Shown here: in pieces, positions 63,591 through 64,000 of the stretch
Numbering within the stretch: position 1 is the first letter of the stretch
Layout: each line of letters starts with the position of its first letter
DNA from: Eledone cirrhosa
Lineage: Eukaryota
Direction: 5' to 3'
Assembly (NCBI GenBank): GCA_964016885.1
Contig: OZ024751.1
Coordinates: 21,638,001 to 21,702,000, forward strand
Length of the DNA stretch: 64,000 bases
Translations under genes and position numbers: made by a program
The notes under the pieces: generated by a model
What the model was told of the DNA's origin: nothing
The model's database searches: none
Seen by the model: the letters and a program-made list of their open reading frames with translations, nothing else

Positions 63591-64000
63591 ATGTGTTTAT
63601 AATCTTTCTCATCAGTTTTATTTACCATCTCATGTTTTTATTTGTCTCAGATATAATCTGTGCTTTATTTCTATTTCTTTCTCTTCTATTACCTTTTCTA
63701 TCTCATGTTTAACCCTTTAGCATTTAAACCATATCCAGCCAGAATTCTCTCAACTCTTTATGTTCAAACCAGCCACTCATACTGACGTTAAACTATTGTT
63801 CTCAATATAAATAACATCAAAATTTCGTACCTTCAATATTATGTGAAATAATTATGTAAAATAAAGCCTTTACCATAAAAACAATAATATATATAGAGTA
63901 ATGTAAAAGTTATACTTCAAGTGTCTCTCATATAATCTATCTGTTTATAATCTCTATCTCTTTCATTTTATTTACTGTCTCATGTTTGTACTTCTGCCTC

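Overview
AT-rich, microsatellite- and SINE-dense animal genomic DNA. The repeat landscape suggests a coleoid cephalopod such as Octopus, but that is inference. I reconstructed three intron-rich genes by hand from GT-AG sites with phase checks. AGGF1 is on the minus strand (13 coding exons, 13844-24502, ~715 aa; OCRE, FHA and G-patch). DIS3L is on the minus strand (23 coding exons, 29187-55181, ~1063 aa; intact RNB catalytic motif). Head-to-head with DIS3L is the 5' part of ANAPC11/APC11 on the plus strand, which the ORF track misses. Main finding: APC11 can only be put in frame through a single-nucleotide exon (G at 60867, context ttttttctattacAG|G|GTGAGT). This echoes the 1-nt exon reported in Arabidopsis APC11. 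Other notable structure includes type I hammerhead-ribozyme motifs in Penelope-like remnants and many (TA)n-anchored fold-back palindromes. A decayed Helitron in the first coding intron of DIS3L is flanked by an inverted repeat that covers the exon-2 splice acceptor. There is also a minisatellite built from copies of a 5' splice site, piggyBac-type MITEs, and CR1, RTE and CRE LINE fragments.
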